Assembly: GCA_037142615.1 (NCBI GenBank)
Contig: JBAXAI010000022.1
Location: forward strand, 1-62,075
Direction: 5' to 3'
From: Spirochaetales bacterium
Lineage (GTDB): Bacteria; Spirochaetota; Spirochaetia; JABEVK01
DNA: 62,075 bases
This document shows, piece after piece, positions 19,279 through 32,115 of this stretch (the stretch's first letter is position 1; every line of letters begins with the position of its first letter). A model generated the notes under the pieces. That model saw only the letters and a program-made list of their open reading frames with translations. It did no database searches and had not been told where the DNA came from. The translations under genes were made by a program, and so were the position numbers.

Positions 19279-21066
19279 TCACTTGGTCAATTTGTTGCCG
19301 GTCTTGGGGGCCAGCTTTAGGTTGGGTTTGCCGGGTTGGGTCTTGCCGGCGGGCTTCTTAGGGGGCGTCTTCTTGAAGTGCGTGTTAATGTACCACTGCT
19401 GAACAACGGTCAGGATGTTCTGCACGCACCAGTACACCATCAAGCCCGAGGGCATTTCGTACAGCATGAACAGGAAGATCACGGGCAATCCGAAGGTCAT
19501 GATCTTCATCTGCTGAGTCATGCCACCCGTAGGTTGGCTCAGTGCCGAGGTCCAAATCTGGGTGCCGACCATCAACAACGGAAGAATACGCAGATCGGTC
19601 CAGTTGACCAGCGGAAGCGCGAAACCCCAGTGCCACACCGAATCGGGCAACGAAAGGTCGGGGATCCACCCCGGGATGAACATGGCGCCACGCAGGTCAA
19701 AATGGTTGTTGAACAGGCCGTACAACGCGAAGAAAATAGGAATCTGCAGGACCATAGGCAGACAACCGCCGAGCGGGTTCACGCCTTCCTGCTGATACAG
19801 GCCCATCGTCGCCTCGTTGAGCTTCTTGGGGTCGTCCTTGTACTTTTCCTGCATTTCCTTGAGCTTGGGTTGCAGACTTTGCATGGCGGCGTTCGCCCGG
19901 TAACTCTTGGCCGTCAGCGGCCAGGTGGCCAGTTTCAGTAGGATCGTGAGCAAGATGATCGACACACCCCAGTTCGGAATAACGGTGTGGAACATCAGCA
20001 TCACCCATTTGAGCAGTTCGGCCAGATAGTCCAAAATCCACATGCTTTCCCTGGTCCGCTCGAGGTGAAGCGCGCCAAGGCCGAACTTGTTGGTGTCTTT
20101 GTCGTTGTACAGCGTGAGCGAGGCTTCCTGCTTGGGCCCTACGTAGAAGTAAAACGTGTCGGGCGAGTCCGAACTGGTGAGGGAAGGCCGCGTAAAGGCG
20201 AGGCGTGAAACCTCTTTTTCGCCGACACCAGGCTTGTTCGAAAACACCGTCTTGTAGGCCGTGCCGTCGGGTATACCGATGACCGTGAAATACTTGCCTT
20301 CGATGGCCGACCAAGTGGCCTTGGCGTCGTAGCTCTTCGTCTCTTTATTGAGGCCTTCGTCGCTGCGGTTGTTGTCCTTGAAGTTCGAGTACTTGCGGAA
20401 CTCAGACGTGTTGTCGAGTTTCTTGAACTTGGGCCCCAATTGTGGTCCATAGCTCAGGGTGTAGGCCCAAGGTCCGTCCGCCAGCACGGGCAGCGCTCCG
20501 TTGGCGCCCTTGATCTTCACATCGATTTTGATCAGGTATTCGTCGGGCTGCAGGGTGAACACCTTGGTCATCGTGAACGCGAGGCCCTTTTTGTCCAAGA
20601 AGCTGCGGGTGAAGGTCCAGCTCAACTGACCCGACTGTGTCATGGCGAAGGTCGCCCGAATCGGGTCGGCCTCGAAGCCCCCGAACGAGGTTTGGAAGGC
20701 GCTTCCGATCCCTTCGTCGTTCAAGAGCATTTGAACCGGGCTCCCGTCGAGTTCCTTGTGCTTCTTCATGGCGATGCCGGTCACAACAGCGCCCTCGTTC
20801 GAGAAGGTCACCTTCATGACGTTGTTCTCAACAACAAAGGTCTTGGCGGGAACCTCTGCGTCAGCAAGCTGCGCTTGCGGCGCACCGGGCAATGGTGCCA
20901 GTTCAGCCGTGGTAAGCGTCGTCGTGGTCGCGACCAGCTTGGTCGTGTCGGTCACGGCGGCCGTCGGCGCGACGGGCTTGGGCGGAAAAAGATAGGTCTG
21001 AAGAAAGGCGCTGCCCGCGATGACAACCACGGAGAGCACAACAGCCAGAATGGTACGTTTATCCAT
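19279..21066 (-). CDS. yidC: Membrane protein insertase YidC
   Basis: NWGVSIILLTILLK, NPLGGCLPMVLQIPIF, WIPDLS, PSGLMVYW. Confidence 0.97.
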   Translation of the reverse strand: MDKRTILAVVLSVVVIAGSAFLQTYLFPPKPVAPTAAVTDTTKLVATTTTLTTAELAPLPGAPQAQLADAEVPAKTFVVENNVMKVTFSNEGAVVTGIAMKKHKELDGSPVQMLLNDEGIGSAFQTSFGGFEADPIRATFAMTQSGQLSWTFTRSFLDKKGLAFTMTKVFTLQPDEYLIKIDVKIKGANGALPVLADGPWAYTLSYGPQLGPKFKKLDNTSEFRKYSNFKDNNRSDEGLNKETKSYDAKATWSAIEGKYFTVIGIPDGTAYKTVFSNKPGVGEKEVSRLAFTRPSLTSSDSPDTFYFYVGPKQEASLTLYNDKDTNKFGLGALHLERTRESMWILDYLAELLKWVMLMFHTVIPNWGVSIILLTILLKLATWPLTAKSYRANAAMQSLQPKLKEMQEKYKDDPKKLNEATMGLYQQEGVNPLGGCLPMVLQIPIFFALYGLFNNHFDLRGAMFIPGWIPDLSLPDSVWHWGFALPLVNWTDLRILPLLMVGTQIWTSALSQPTGGMTQQMKIMTFGLPVIFLFMLYEMPSGLMVYWCVQNILTVVQQWYINTHFKKTPPKKPAGKTQPGKPNLKLAPKTGNKLTK

Positions 21067-21093
21067 AAGGACTCCTTGAGAACAACTACAGAC

Positions 21094-21339
21094 TCAGGGG
21101 ACAGGGTCGTAGCCACCGGGATGACCCGGATGGCAGCGGGAAATACGGCGGATGGCGAGCCACCCCCCGCGAAGGGCTCCATGCTTTTGGATCGCTTCCA
21201 AGCTGTAGCGAGAACAGCTCGGTGAGTAGCGACAGGTAGGTACATTCACCGTTCCCGTGAACAAGCGGAAACTCACGTTCACCAAAGGAACAAGCTGGCA
21301 GATCAACCAGGCCAGGGGACTAAGTCGTTGCTTTGGCAG
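21094..21339 (-). CDS. yidD: Membrane protein insertion efficiency factor YidD (start uncertain)
   Basis: [29 protein letters not shown]; between rnpA and yidC. Confidence 0.88.
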   Translation of the reverse strand: MPKQRLSPLAWLICQLVPLVNVSFRLFTGTVNVPTCRYSPSCSRYSLEAIQKHGALRGGWLAIRRISRCHPGHPGGYDPVP

Positions 21340-21667
21340 GGGAACGACCGACGAGCTGAAGAAACTGCCGTTGACGGTCGGCGTACGAGAACTTTCCGGG
21401 AAAGACGAGGAAAACCAGATCAAAGCCCGGTTGGATGGTCTGTTTGTGCAGGCGGAATATCTCCCTGACCTGACGTTTGGCGCGGTTACGTTCAACTGAA
21501 TTACCGAATTTTTTGGATAAACCAACACCAAGTCTTGATTTATCCAAGGAATTCGACGCGAGAGCCAACTTGGCCCCCATGCAGCTGAACTGAATGGGGG
21601 ACTTGTAGACCCGTTGGAACTCTTCTTTCTTCTTCAGACGTTCCTGTTTAGTAAGGCTTCTTCTCAT
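21320..21667 (-). CDS. rnpA: Ribonuclease P protein component
   Basis: [28 protein letters not shown] (RNR motif). Confidence 0.95.
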   Translation of the reverse strand: MRRSLTKQERLKKKEEFQRVYKSPIQFSCMGAKLALASNSLDKSRLGVGLSKKFGNSVERNRAKRQVREIFRLHKQTIQPGFDLVFLVFPGKFSYADRQRQFLQLVGRSPAKATT

Positions 21668-21803
21668 CGGAAGCGCTCAGCTTCTTGCGACCCTTGGCCC
21701 GACGGCGAGCCAGCACCGCGCGGCCTCCGGCAGTTGCCATGCGGGCTCGGAAACCGAACTTCCGAGTTCTCTTGACCTTGCTTGGTTGATACGTTCGCTT
21801 CAT
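21648..21803 (-). CDS. rpmH: 50S ribosomal protein L34
   Basis: Read manually: [51 protein letters not shown]; AAGGAGG RBS. Confidence 0.97.
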   Translation of the reverse strand: MKRTYQPSKVKRTRKFGFRARMATAGGRAVLARRRAKGRKKLSASDEKKPY

Positions 21804-21832
21804 GGATCAACCCTCCTTCACAAAAAAATAGA

Positions 21833-21904
21833 TCGGGATGACTGGATTTGAACCAGCGACCCTCACGTCCCGAACGTGATGCGCTACCCCTGCGCTACAT
21901 CCCG
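21833..21904 (-). tRNA. tRNA-Pro(CGG)
   Basis: CGGGATG acceptor stem, anticodon arm TCACG-TTCGGGA-CGTGA, GGTTCAAATCC T-arm; CCA not encoded. Confidence 0.93.
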
Positions 21905-21948
21905 AGAGTTTGACAGGGTGCCATCTTAACGGATTCGCAAGCCTTTGG

Positions 21949-22389
21949 CTAGCGGTTGGGGTGAATCATCTGGTCGAGTTGCGCAAGTATTTCGGTCATC
22001 TTGGCCTGTTCCTCGGCGCTCAAGTCGGGTTTGACGGGCGCGGGCATCACAACGTTGGGACGCTCCACAGTTTCGCCCGCCTTCACGAGCCTGAGCTGAA
22101 GGCTACGCACGCCCAAAGTTGGAAACTGCTGGCGAACGCGGTCGAGGATGTCGCTCTGATGCCACTGCAGCAGTTGCAACCAAGCTGGGTGGTCCGCCTC
22201 GATGGTCAGCAGGCCGTCTGTGAGTTGCGACAAACGGCAGTGGCTGCCTGGGTTCTGGCGTGACAACCCTGGAACCGAGGCCAGAATCTCATGCCACCGG
22301 CTGACGACGGGAACCAGTTGCTGCAGAGACGAGGCTCCTTTCGTCTGAAGGAACTTGGAAAGGTGCGCTCGGGTGCGGTCGTCATCCAT
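21949..22389 (-). CDS. dciA: DUF721/DciA family protein
   Basis: SRWHEI...GLLTIEADHPAWLQLL; directly after recF; GGAG RBS before ATG 22389. Confidence 0.8.
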   Translation of the reverse strand: MDDDRTRAHLSKFLQTKGASSLQQLVPVVSRWHEILASVPGLSRQNPGSHCRLSQLTDGLLTIEADHPAWLQLLQWHQSDILDRVRQQFPTLGVRSLQLRLVKAGETVERPNVVMPAPVKPDLSAEEQAKMTEILAQLDQMIHPNR

Positions 22390-23491
22390 GCAGGGCTCCG
22401 TAGCGAATATACTGACCGGCATCGACCCGGAGGTAAAGGGGACCAAGCGGTTCCAGGGGCTGGAGGTGTTCGTCGGGCAGAAACGTGAAGTAGGCCTGGT
22501 CGTACTCCGGAAGCCGGTTAAGAATCTGCTGGCGTTTGACCGCGTCGAGTTCGAGCAGAACGTCGTCGATCAAGAGCACCGGTTTTTGGCCGGTGCGTTC
22601 CCGCGCCAAACGGGCCTGGACCAGCCGAAGCAACAGCGACAAAAGGCGTACTTGGCCCGTCGAGGCGTGCTCGGCGAAGTTGCGGCCCGCGTGCACAAAG
22701 CGGTAATGGTCGCGGTGGGGTCCGCTGGCGGTGAACCCGAGCTTGCGGTCACTTTCTCGCCTTTCTGCCAACTGGCCGACGATGGCCTCGACCTCAGGCA
22801 CCTTCCACGAGGGCAGGTACTTCAGCTCGCAGTCGCCCGACAAGCCCGTGATTTCGCCGAACTGCGCCGTGAAGGTCGGGTTGAACAACTCCACCGCTTG
22901 CCGCCGGGCTTGCATGAGTTCCAGCCCAGCCAGAGCCATTTGCCTCTCGTAGACCTCGAGAACCCGTTGGTCGCCGCCAGAACCCAACAGGGCGTTGCGA
23001 TGGCGCAGAAGTTTGCGGTACCGGCGCAGGTTGTCGATGTAGAGCACGTCGAACAAAGACAAGCTTTGGTCAAAAAACAGGCGTTGGAACTCGGGTGCCC
23101 CCGACACGAACTGGTAGTCCTCGTGGGTGAAAGCGATGCAGGGCAGTCGGCGCAGCAGGTCGCGGCGGTCGACGACAGCGTTTCCATCCACGAGAATCGT
23201 TTTTTCACCGCCTTGCAGTTTGACCATGCGCTCGGTGGCCCCGTCGGCAAAGGTCCCGGTCGCCAGGAGCGAGAACTCAGTCGAGCCGTGGCGGCACAAG
23301 CGGCGGTCGAACTTCGTGCGGAACGACGAACCGTAAGCCAGAAGGTACACGGCTTCCAGAAAGTTGGTCTTTCCTTGCCCGTTTTCGCCGGTCAAAAAAA
23401 TTTCCCTCGCAACCCCGTCGCCGGCGTGGAGGGAAACTGTTTGGTCGGCCAAATTGCGAAACTGAACGGTGCGGAGCGAATCAAACCCCAT
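22382..23491 (-). CDS. recF: DNA replication/repair protein RecF
   Basis: GENGQGKTNFLEA, GPHRD, ASTGQ, LLIDDVLLELD. Confidence 0.96.
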   Translation of the reverse strand: MGFDSLRTVQFRNLADQTVSLHAGDGVAREIFLTGENGQGKTNFLEAVYLLAYGSSFRTKFDRRLCRHGSTEFSLLATGTFADGATERMVKLQGGEKTILVDGNAVVDRRDLLRRLPCIAFTHEDYQFVSGAPEFQRLFFDQSLSLFDVLYIDNLRRYRKLLRHRNALLGSGGDQRVLEVYERQMALAGLELMQARRQAVELFNPTFTAQFGEITGLSGDCELKYLPSWKVPEVEAIVGQLAERRESDRKLGFTASGPHRDHYRFVHAGRNFAEHASTGQVRLLSLLLRLVQARLARERTGQKPVLLIDDVLLELDAVKRQQILNRLPEYDQAYFTFLPDEHLQPLEPLGPLYLRVDAGQYIRYGALHG

Positions 23492-23498
23492 CCGGGGC

Positions 23499-24602
23499 TC
23501 AGTCCATCTGCATCGGCATCACAATGTGAAAGTAGTCCTTGCGTGGCTCTGTGCGGAGCGTCATGGCCTTCTTCGGTTCGGTGAACTCAAGCGTGATGCG
23601 GTCGCCGGCGAGCACACGCAGCGGGTCCATCAAAAAGACGTAGTTGAGCGCCATCGTGGTCTGAGGTCCCTGGTATTCGCAAGGAATCTCTTCCTTGGCC
23701 ATGCCCATTTCGCTTTCTTCGGTGTTCACCATCAGGTTGCCGTCGCTGACGGTGATGTAAATGCGCTTCGCCTTTTGCTCGGCGAGGAGCGAAACGCGCT
23801 TGAGCGCTTCCTGGAACGCGTCTTTCTTCATGCCGATGCTGTAGCTCTGACTCTCGGGAATGACACGGCTGTAGTTCGGAAACTGACCTTCGATGAGGTT
23901 CGAGCTGATTTTCTGGTTGTCGAACTGCACAAACAACTGCTTGTCGCTGATGGCCAAGCTCATGGTGCCCTGACCCGAGGCCAGTTTCTTGATGAGGTTG
24001 AGGGCCTTGGGCGGGATGATGATCCCGTCAAACTCGGGCAGCACCGAATCCACTTTTTTCTCGATGTAGCTCAGGCGGCGGCCGTCGGTGGCGACCATGA
24101 CGATGTTGTCGCCCTTGCGCTCCAGGTACACGCCGTTCATGTAGTAGCGGGTCTCGTCGTCGCTCACCGAGAAAATCGTTTGCCCAATCATCTCGAGCAC
24201 GTCAGCCTGGCTGAGTTGGAACCAAGTGAGGTTGTCACCCTCGCGGATCTCGGGGAACTTGTCGCTCGAAATGCTCTTGAGCTGAAAGTCGATGCTGGTG
24301 CCCACCGGTTTGATGGTGAGCTTGCCCTCGCGGACCTCAAACTCAATTTCGCGGTCGGGAAGCGAGCGGAGGATGCCCAGAAGTTTTTCGCAGAACACCG
24401 TGGTCACGCCATTCGTCGTCGTCGATACCGGAATACGGGTTTCAAAGGCAACCTTGAGGTCGGTGGCCTTGATCGTGAGAAACCCATCGCTGACCTCGAG
24501 GAGCACGTTGCTCAGGATAGACATGGCGTTTTTGACCGAGATGATTTCCTGGGCGATCGAGATTTCCTTGAGCAACACATTCCGTTCCGAGATGAATTTC
24601 AT
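23499..24602 (-). CDS. dnaN: DNA polymerase III beta clamp
   Basis: ILSNVLL, ATDL, DETRYYMNGV, VATDGRRLS, GQFPNY, IVMPM. Confidence 0.97.
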   Translation of the reverse strand: MKFISERNVLLKEISIAQEIISVKNAMSILSNVLLEVSDGFLTIKATDLKVAFETRIPVSTTTNGVTTVFCEKLLGILRSLPDREIEFEVREGKLTIKPVGTSIDFQLKSISSDKFPEIREGDNLTWFQLSQADVLEMIGQTIFSVSDDETRYYMNGVYLERKGDNIVMVATDGRRLSYIEKKVDSVLPEFDGIIIPPKALNLIKKLASGQGTMSLAISDKQLFVQFDNQKISSNLIEGQFPNYSRVIPESQSYSIGMKKDAFQEALKRVSLLAEQKAKRIYITVSDGNLMVNTEESEMGMAKEEIPCEYQGPQTTMALNYVFLMDPLRVLAGDRITLEFTEPKKAMTLRTEPRKDYFHIVMPMQMD

Positions 24603-24816
24603 GAGGCACTCTCCTTCTTCTTCCTAAATTCAAATTTCAGTAGCAGTAGTAGTAGGCTCGGTGGACAATGGGTACAACCCGCTAAGCCTCGCGCGCTCAT
24701 AGCTTTGGTCGTTGGTCGCGGTGTGGAAAAGAAAAAGGTTTCTTTCCACCTTTCCCCACAGCAAGCCCATTTTCACCGTTAGTCCCCAAAATATACCAGA
24801 TTATCCACGACTTGTC
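24603..24816. other. oriC region between dnaA and dnaN with DnaA boxes and DnaA-trios
   Basis: Perfect box TTTTCCACA (minus, 24722-24730), TTATCCACG 24801-24809, tandem degenerate boxes 24660-24677, TAG/CAG trios 24638-24655, AT-rich flank. Confidence 0.85.
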
Positions 24817-26175
24817 CTATGAGCCCGCCCTGTCCTTGATGATCCGGATAAGGTTCTGCACCTTGACCTCAAAACTAGGTTCCGTCTTGATCTTGTCTTC
24901 AATCTTCTGCACCGCGTGCATCACCGTGGTGTGGTCGCGGCCACCGAACTCCATGCCAATTTCGGTGGTCGAATACTCCGTCAAGTCGCGGATGATGTAC
25001 ATCGCAACCTGACGGGGCAGCGCCATGGCTTGGGTTCGGCGCTTTCCCTTGAGGTCGCTGACGCTCAGACCATTGGCTTCGGCGACCACTTTCTGCACCA
25101 GATCGATGGGCACGGTTTCTTGGGCGGGGCCGGCGAAAACCCGCTTGAGCTGCTCCTGTGCCACCTCGAGGGTGATTTCGCGCTTGAGCAGTTCACCGTA
25201 GGCACAAATCTGGTTGAGCGCGCCCTCGAGGTCGCGGATGTTGGTGTTGACTTTTTTGGCGATCAACTCGAGCACGTCGTCGGGCAATTGAAGACCGCGC
25301 TGCTCGATTTTTGACTTGAGGATGACCAGGCGTATCTCCCAACTTGGCAACTGGAGGTCGGCGATGGTGCCCCGTGACAGGCGGTTGAGCAGGCGCTCGG
25401 CGAAGTTCTTCAATTCGTGGGGGGCCCGGTCCGAGGTGAAGACGATCTGTTTCTTGGCTTCGTACAGCGCGTTGAAGGTGTTGAACAGCTCTTCCTGGGT
25501 GTCCTTCTTGTTCTGGAGGTCGTGGATATCGTCAATGAGCAGCACATCAACGTTGCGGTACTTGTTCTTGAACGCGCTTTGAGTCTTGTTCTGGATCGAG
25601 GTCATGAACTCGTTGATGAAGCTTTCGGCCTGAACGTAGATCACGATGGCCTTTTCGTTTTGCTTGTGTACCGCATTGCCGAGCGCCTGAATCAGGTGGG
25701 TCTTTCCCAGGCCCACCCCGCCGAAAAGGAAAAAGGGGTTGTAAATGTTGCCGGGATCTTTTGAGATCGCGACCGTCATGCTGTAGGCCAACTCATTGTT
25801 CTTCGCGACGACGTACTTTTCGAGCGTGTAGTCAGGATTCAACTGCTGGTGGGGCTTCCGAGCGGAACGGGCCGGCCCCTGCCGGTGAGTTTCTGCCATG
25901 CCAGACTTTACCAGCACAGGCGAGCTCTTGGACTCGCGAATCTCGAAATGGACACCGATCGGGCGCCCCGTCAACTCCAGAAGCTTGCCCCGCACCTGCG
26001 GCAGATAATTCTTCTCGAGCTGAGCCCGAAAAATAGGAGAGGGCACCGTGAGCGTAACTTCTTCCGCCGTCGAAGAAAGGAACTCGAGGCTCGAAAAATA
26101 AAAAGCGAACTCGCCCGGATCGATCTCATTTTTGAGCTGAGAAAGGGCTTCATTCCAGAATTCCTGAAGATTCAC
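24817..26175 (-). CDS. dnaA: Chromosomal replication initiator DnaA
   Basis: YNPFFLFGGVGLGKTHL, LLIDDI, QEELFNTFN, FGGRDHTTVMHA. Confidence 0.98.
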   Translation of the reverse strand: MNLQEFWNEALSQLKNEIDPGEFAFYFSSLEFLSSTAEEVTLTVPSPIFRAQLEKNYLPQVRGKLLELTGRPIGVHFEIRESKSSPVLVKSGMAETHRQGPARSARKPHQQLNPDYTLEKYVVAKNNELAYSMTVAISKDPGNIYNPFFLFGGVGLGKTHLIQALGNAVHKQNEKAIVIYVQAESFINEFMTSIQNKTQSAFKNKYRNVDVLLIDDIHDLQNKKDTQEELFNTFNALYEAKKQIVFTSDRAPHELKNFAERLLNRLSRGTIADLQLPSWEIRLVILKSKIEQRGLQLPDDVLELIAKKVNTNIRDLEGALNQICAYGELLKREITLEVAQEQLKRVFAGPAQETVPIDLVQKVVAEANGLSVSDLKGKRRTQAMALPRQVAMYIIRDLTEYSTTEIGMEFGGRDHTTVMHAVQKIEDKIKTEPSFEVKVQNLIRIIKDRAGS

Positions 26176-28409
<2,234 letters not shown>

Positions 28410-28423
28410 CAGGAGATTCCCGA

Positions 28424-30940
28424 GTGTCTGACGTTCCGCCCCCCCCCAATTCCAGCCTTCCCGTGCCTTCTGGCCGCGTGATTCCGGTCAACATTGAAGA
28501 CGAGGTCAAGACCTCTTACTTGAACTACGCCATGTCGGTCATCGTCAGTCGCGCGCTCCCCGATGTGCGCGACGGCCTCAAACCCGTGCACCGGCGTATC
28601 CTGTACGCCATGCACGAAATGGGCTTGCGGGCCAATTCGTCGTTCAAGAAGGCTGGTCGTATTGTCGGCGACGTGCTCGGCAAGTACCACCCGCACGGCG
28701 ACCAGTCGATCTACGATGCCCTGGTGCGTTTGGCGCAGGAGTTCAGCATGCGCTACCCCGTGGTCAAGGGCCAGGGGAACTTCGGCTCCATCGACGGTGA
28801 CCCCCCGGCGGCTATGCGGTACACCGAGGCCAAGATGGCCCGCGTGGCCGAAGAGATCCTGCGCGACATCGACAAGAACACCGTCAATTTCGGCCCCAAC
28901 TACGACGACAGCCTCACCGAACCCTTGGTGATGCCCACCGCCTTCCCCTTCCTGCTGGCCAACGGCTCATCGGGCATTGCGGTCGGTATGGCCACCAACA
29001 TGGCCCCGCACAACCTGACAGAAATCTGTGCCGCCTTGATTGCCGTCATCGACGACCCCGAAATCACCATCGAAGGGCTCATGCTGCACATGAAGGGCCC
29101 CGACTTCCCGACGGCTGCCATCATCTACGGCCGCTCGGGCATTTACTCGGCCTTCCGCACCGGCAAGGGCAAAATCATTGTCCGGTCGCGCTACGAAATT
29201 GAAGAAAGCCGCACCGGCAAGCAGTCCATCATCGTCAGCGAACTGCCCTATCAGGTGAACAAGGCGCTGCTCATCGAGCACATCGCCGACCTGGTGCGCG
29301 AAAAAAAGGTAGAAGGCATCAGCGACTTGCGCGACGAGTCCGACCGCACGGGCATCCGGATGGTGATCGAAGTCAAAAAGGGCTTTGACTACATGGTCAT
29401 CTTGAACACGCTCTGGACCCACACCAGCCTGCAGCAGTCTTTCAACATCAACAACCTGGCGCTGGTCAACGGTCGCCCCGAGACCCTGAACCTCAAGCAG
29501 ATGCTCGAGTACTTCATTGCCCACCGCAAGGATGTGATCACCCGGCGCACGATTTTCGACCTGGAAGTCGCCGAAAAGCGGGCTCACATTTTGCAGGGCC
29601 TCAAGATCGCCCTCGACAACATCGACGAGGTGATCCGCATCATCAAGGAATCGAGCACCACACAGAATGCCCGCGACAACCTGATGCAGCGCTTTGGCTT
29701 CAGCGAGGTGCAGACGCAGGCCATCCTCGACATGCGGCTCCAGAAACTCACCAGCCTGGAGACCCAGAAGATCATCGACGAACTGAATGAGGTGATGACG
29801 CTCATCGCTTACCTGAGAGACCTGTTGGCCCACGAAGAGAAGATCTACGGCGTGATCAAGGACGAGACCAAGGAAATCAGCGACAAGTTTGGCGACGACC
29901 GACGCACCGAGATCCTCGACCAGGAGCTCGAAGACGTCGACATGGAAGACCTCATCCAGGAAGAGGACATGGTCGTGGTCGTCTCAACCGAGGGCTACAT
30001 CAAGCGGGTTCCGCTCAACGCGTACCGCAGCCAAAGCCGGGGCGGCAAGGGTTCCAATTCGGCCAACCTGAAAGACGAGGACATCGTGCAGGACATTCAC
30101 ATCGTCAGCACCCACGATTACTTTTTGATCATCTCGTCGCTGGGCAACGCCTACTGGGTCAAGACCTACCAGTTCCCCGAAGGCTCGCGCACCAGCCGCG
30201 GCAAGCACATCCGTTCCATGCTCGAAATGGAAGAAGGCGAGGTGATCAAGGCCGTCGTCCCCATGAAAGAGTTCAAGGAAGACCGCTACGTCGTCATGGT
30301 GACGGCCAAGGGCGTGGTGATCCGCATCAGCACCCATGAGTTCCGCAACGCCAAGTCGCGCGGCATCAACGGCATCACCCTCAAGGAAGGCGACCGCTTG
30401 GTCACCGCAACCCTCACCGAAGGCAACACCGAGGTGATGTTGCTCACCAAGAATGGTTACGGCCTGCGCTACCACGAGACCGAGATCCGGGCGACGGGGC
30501 GCAATGCCCAAGGCGTTCGCGGCATCCTGCTTCGCGACGCGAGCGACGAGGTGATTTCGATCCTGGCTATTCACGAGGAAGAGCAGGTGCTCATGATCAC
30601 CGACAAGGGCTTCGGCAAGCGCCTGGACTACTCGACGCTCAACCCTCACGGTCGCGGTACCATGGGTCAGATTTGTTACAAGGACAACGAGAAGACGGGC
30701 AAGCTCATCGGCGCCATTCCCGTCAGCCCCGAGTTCGACATCGTGTGCATCACCTCGCAGGGCAAAACACTGAAGTGCAATACCCAAGAAGTCTCGGAAC
30801 AGGGGCGAACTGCCATGGGTGTGCGGGTCTTGGATATTTCGGAAGATGACGCGGTGGTGAGCATTGCGCGGGCTCTTAAAGAGCAAGAACAGCCCGAACT
30901 CGCGTTCGAGGATCCTGCCCCCGCAGCACCGACCGTTTGA
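28424..30940 (+). CDS. gyrA: DNA gyrase subunit A
   Basis: [29 protein letters not shown], GyrA-box-like QSRGGKG. Confidence 0.98.
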   Translation: MSDVPPPPNSSLPVPSGRVIPVNIEDEVKTSYLNYAMSVIVSRALPDVRDGLKPVHRRILYAMHEMGLRANSSFKKAGRIVGDVLGKYHPHGDQSIYDALVRLAQEFSMRYPVVKGQGNFGSIDGDPPAAMRYTEAKMARVAEEILRDIDKNTVNFGPNYDDSLTEPLVMPTAFPFLLANGSSGIAVGMATNMAPHNLTEICAALIAVIDDPEITIEGLMLHMKGPDFPTAAIIYGRSGIYSAFRTGKGKIIVRSRYEIEESRTGKQSIIVSELPYQVNKALLIEHIADLVREKKVEGISDLRDESDRTGIRMVIEVKKGFDYMVILNTLWTHTSLQQSFNINNLALVNGRPETLNLKQMLEYFIAHRKDVITRRTIFDLEVAEKRAHILQGLKIALDNIDEVIRIIKESSTTQNARDNLMQRFGFSEVQTQAILDMRLQKLTSLETQKIIDELNEVMTLIAYLRDLLAHEEKIYGVIKDETKEISDKFGDDRRTEILDQELEDVDMEDLIQEEDMVVVVSTEGYIKRVPLNAYRSQSRGGKGSNSANLKDEDIVQDIHIVSTHDYFLIISSLGNAYWVKTYQFPEGSRTSRGKHIRSMLEMEEGEVIKAVVPMKEFKEDRYVVMVTAKGVVIRISTHEFRNAKSRGINGITLKEGDRLVTATLTEGNTEVMLLTKNGYGLRYHETEIRATGRNAQGVRGILLRDASDEVISILAIHEEEQVLMITDKGFGKRLDYSTLNPHGRGTMGQICYKDNEKTGKLIGAIPVSPEFDIVCITSQGKTLKCNTQEVSEQGRTAMGVRVLDISEDDAVVSIARALKEQEQPELAFEDPAPAAPTV

Positions 30941-30945
30941 CCGAT

Positions 30946-30961
30946 TGTTTCACGTGAAACA
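30946..30961. promoter_or_regulatory. parS centromere site
   Basis: Perfect palindrome TGTTTCACGTGAAACA, about 1.2 kb from parAB. Confidence 0.93.
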
Positions 30962-30962
30962 A

Positions 30963-31007
30963 AAAGGCCGCCCCGCGATGTGACTCGCTCGGACGGCCTT
31001 CTTTGTT
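30963..31007. terminator. Probable bidirectional intrinsic terminator between gyrA and add
   Basis: AAGGCCG...CGGCCTT stem flanked by an A-run and a T-rich run. Confidence 0.6.
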
Positions 31008-31019
31008 TGCTGGCGGAGG

Positions 31020-32045
31020 CTATTTGCTTGCGGTGGCCCAAGCGGCTTCGACTTGAGCGAAGTAGGCCGTCTTCTCTTTCATGGTAAGGAAGCTGGCCTG
31101 AAAGCCGTTCAAGACGAGTTTCTTGATCTCGTCCATGGTGAAGTTCAACTTCGTGTGGAGGGTCCAGAACTCGTCGATAAGACTGACATCAAAGAACGAA
31201 GGGTCGTCGGTGTTGATGACGGTAAGCACACCCTGATCGAACAAGTGCCGTACGGGGTGATCTTCCGCTTTGGTGACGTACTTCTGGGTGATGACGTTGC
31301 TGGTCAGGCAGATCTCGATGGGAATCTGCTTGTCGGCCAGGAACTTCACCAGTTTGGGGTCCTGAGTGGCAGAAAGCCCGTGACCGATGCGTTCCACCTG
31401 CAGTTTCTGCAGCGCGTCCCAAATCGATTCGGGCCCAACCACCTCGCCGGCGTGAGCCACCACGTGAAGGCCCTTGGCTTTGGCAACGGCAAACACATCT
31501 TCGAACACCTTTGCGGGGCCAAACTCCTCGTCTCCACCCAGGCCCACGCCGATCACCATCGGACTCTTGTGGGACAAGGTGAGTTCCAGGTTGTTCTGGG
31601 CGTTTTCGACCCCGAACATGCGGCTGACATCGATGATGAGCTTGATGGTGAGTTTGTCACGTTTCTGGATGCGATTGATGGCTTTCTGGATGACCTCGAT
31701 CATGTCAGCGAACTTCAGGCCCTTCTTGATCAGGCCTGTGGGTGAAAAGAAGAGCTCGGCGTAGACGATGTTGTTCTCGCGCAGGTAGGTCGCGGCGTCT
31801 TCAAACATATTTTCGAGGTCGGGGAGTTCCTTGATCAGACTCTGAACGAAAAGGAACGAGGCCAAGAAGCCCTTCAAGGTGTTGAACTGGTACAGTGACT
31901 CGACCGTGACAGGGTTCATCTTTTGGTCGGGGCTGCGATCCAGCAGGGTCTTCACGGTGGCGCGGCTAATCGTCGCCTCGGCGTGCAAGTGGATCTCAGC
32001 CTTGGGGATTTTCCGCAGAAACTCATAGAAGTCCGTTTTTTTCAT
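31020..32045 (-). CDS. add: Adenosine/adenine deaminase
   Basis: PKAEIHLH, AHAGE, RIGHG, EICLTSN, INTDDP; start set to MKKTDF. Confidence 0.92.
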   Translation of the reverse strand: MKKTDFYEFLRKIPKAEIHLHAEATISRATVKTLLDRSPDQKMNPVTVESLYQFNTLKGFLASFLFVQSLIKELPDLENMFEDAATYLRENNIVYAELFFSPTGLIKKGLKFADMIEVIQKAINRIQKRDKLTIKLIIDVSRMFGVENAQNNLELTLSHKSPMVIGVGLGGDEEFGPAKVFEDVFAVAKAKGLHVVAHAGEVVGPESIWDALQKLQVERIGHGLSATQDPKLVKFLADKQIPIEICLTSNVITQKYVTKAEDHPVRHLFDQGVLTVINTDDPSFFDVSLIDEFWTLHTKLNFTMDEIKKLVLNGFQASFLTMKEKTAYFAQVEAAWATASK

Positions 32046-32115
32046 GAAGAACCCTTTCTTTCCCATCGGTATTTTGACACACAAACTTGAGTTTGTTCTG
32101 TATACTGCTTTGTCT

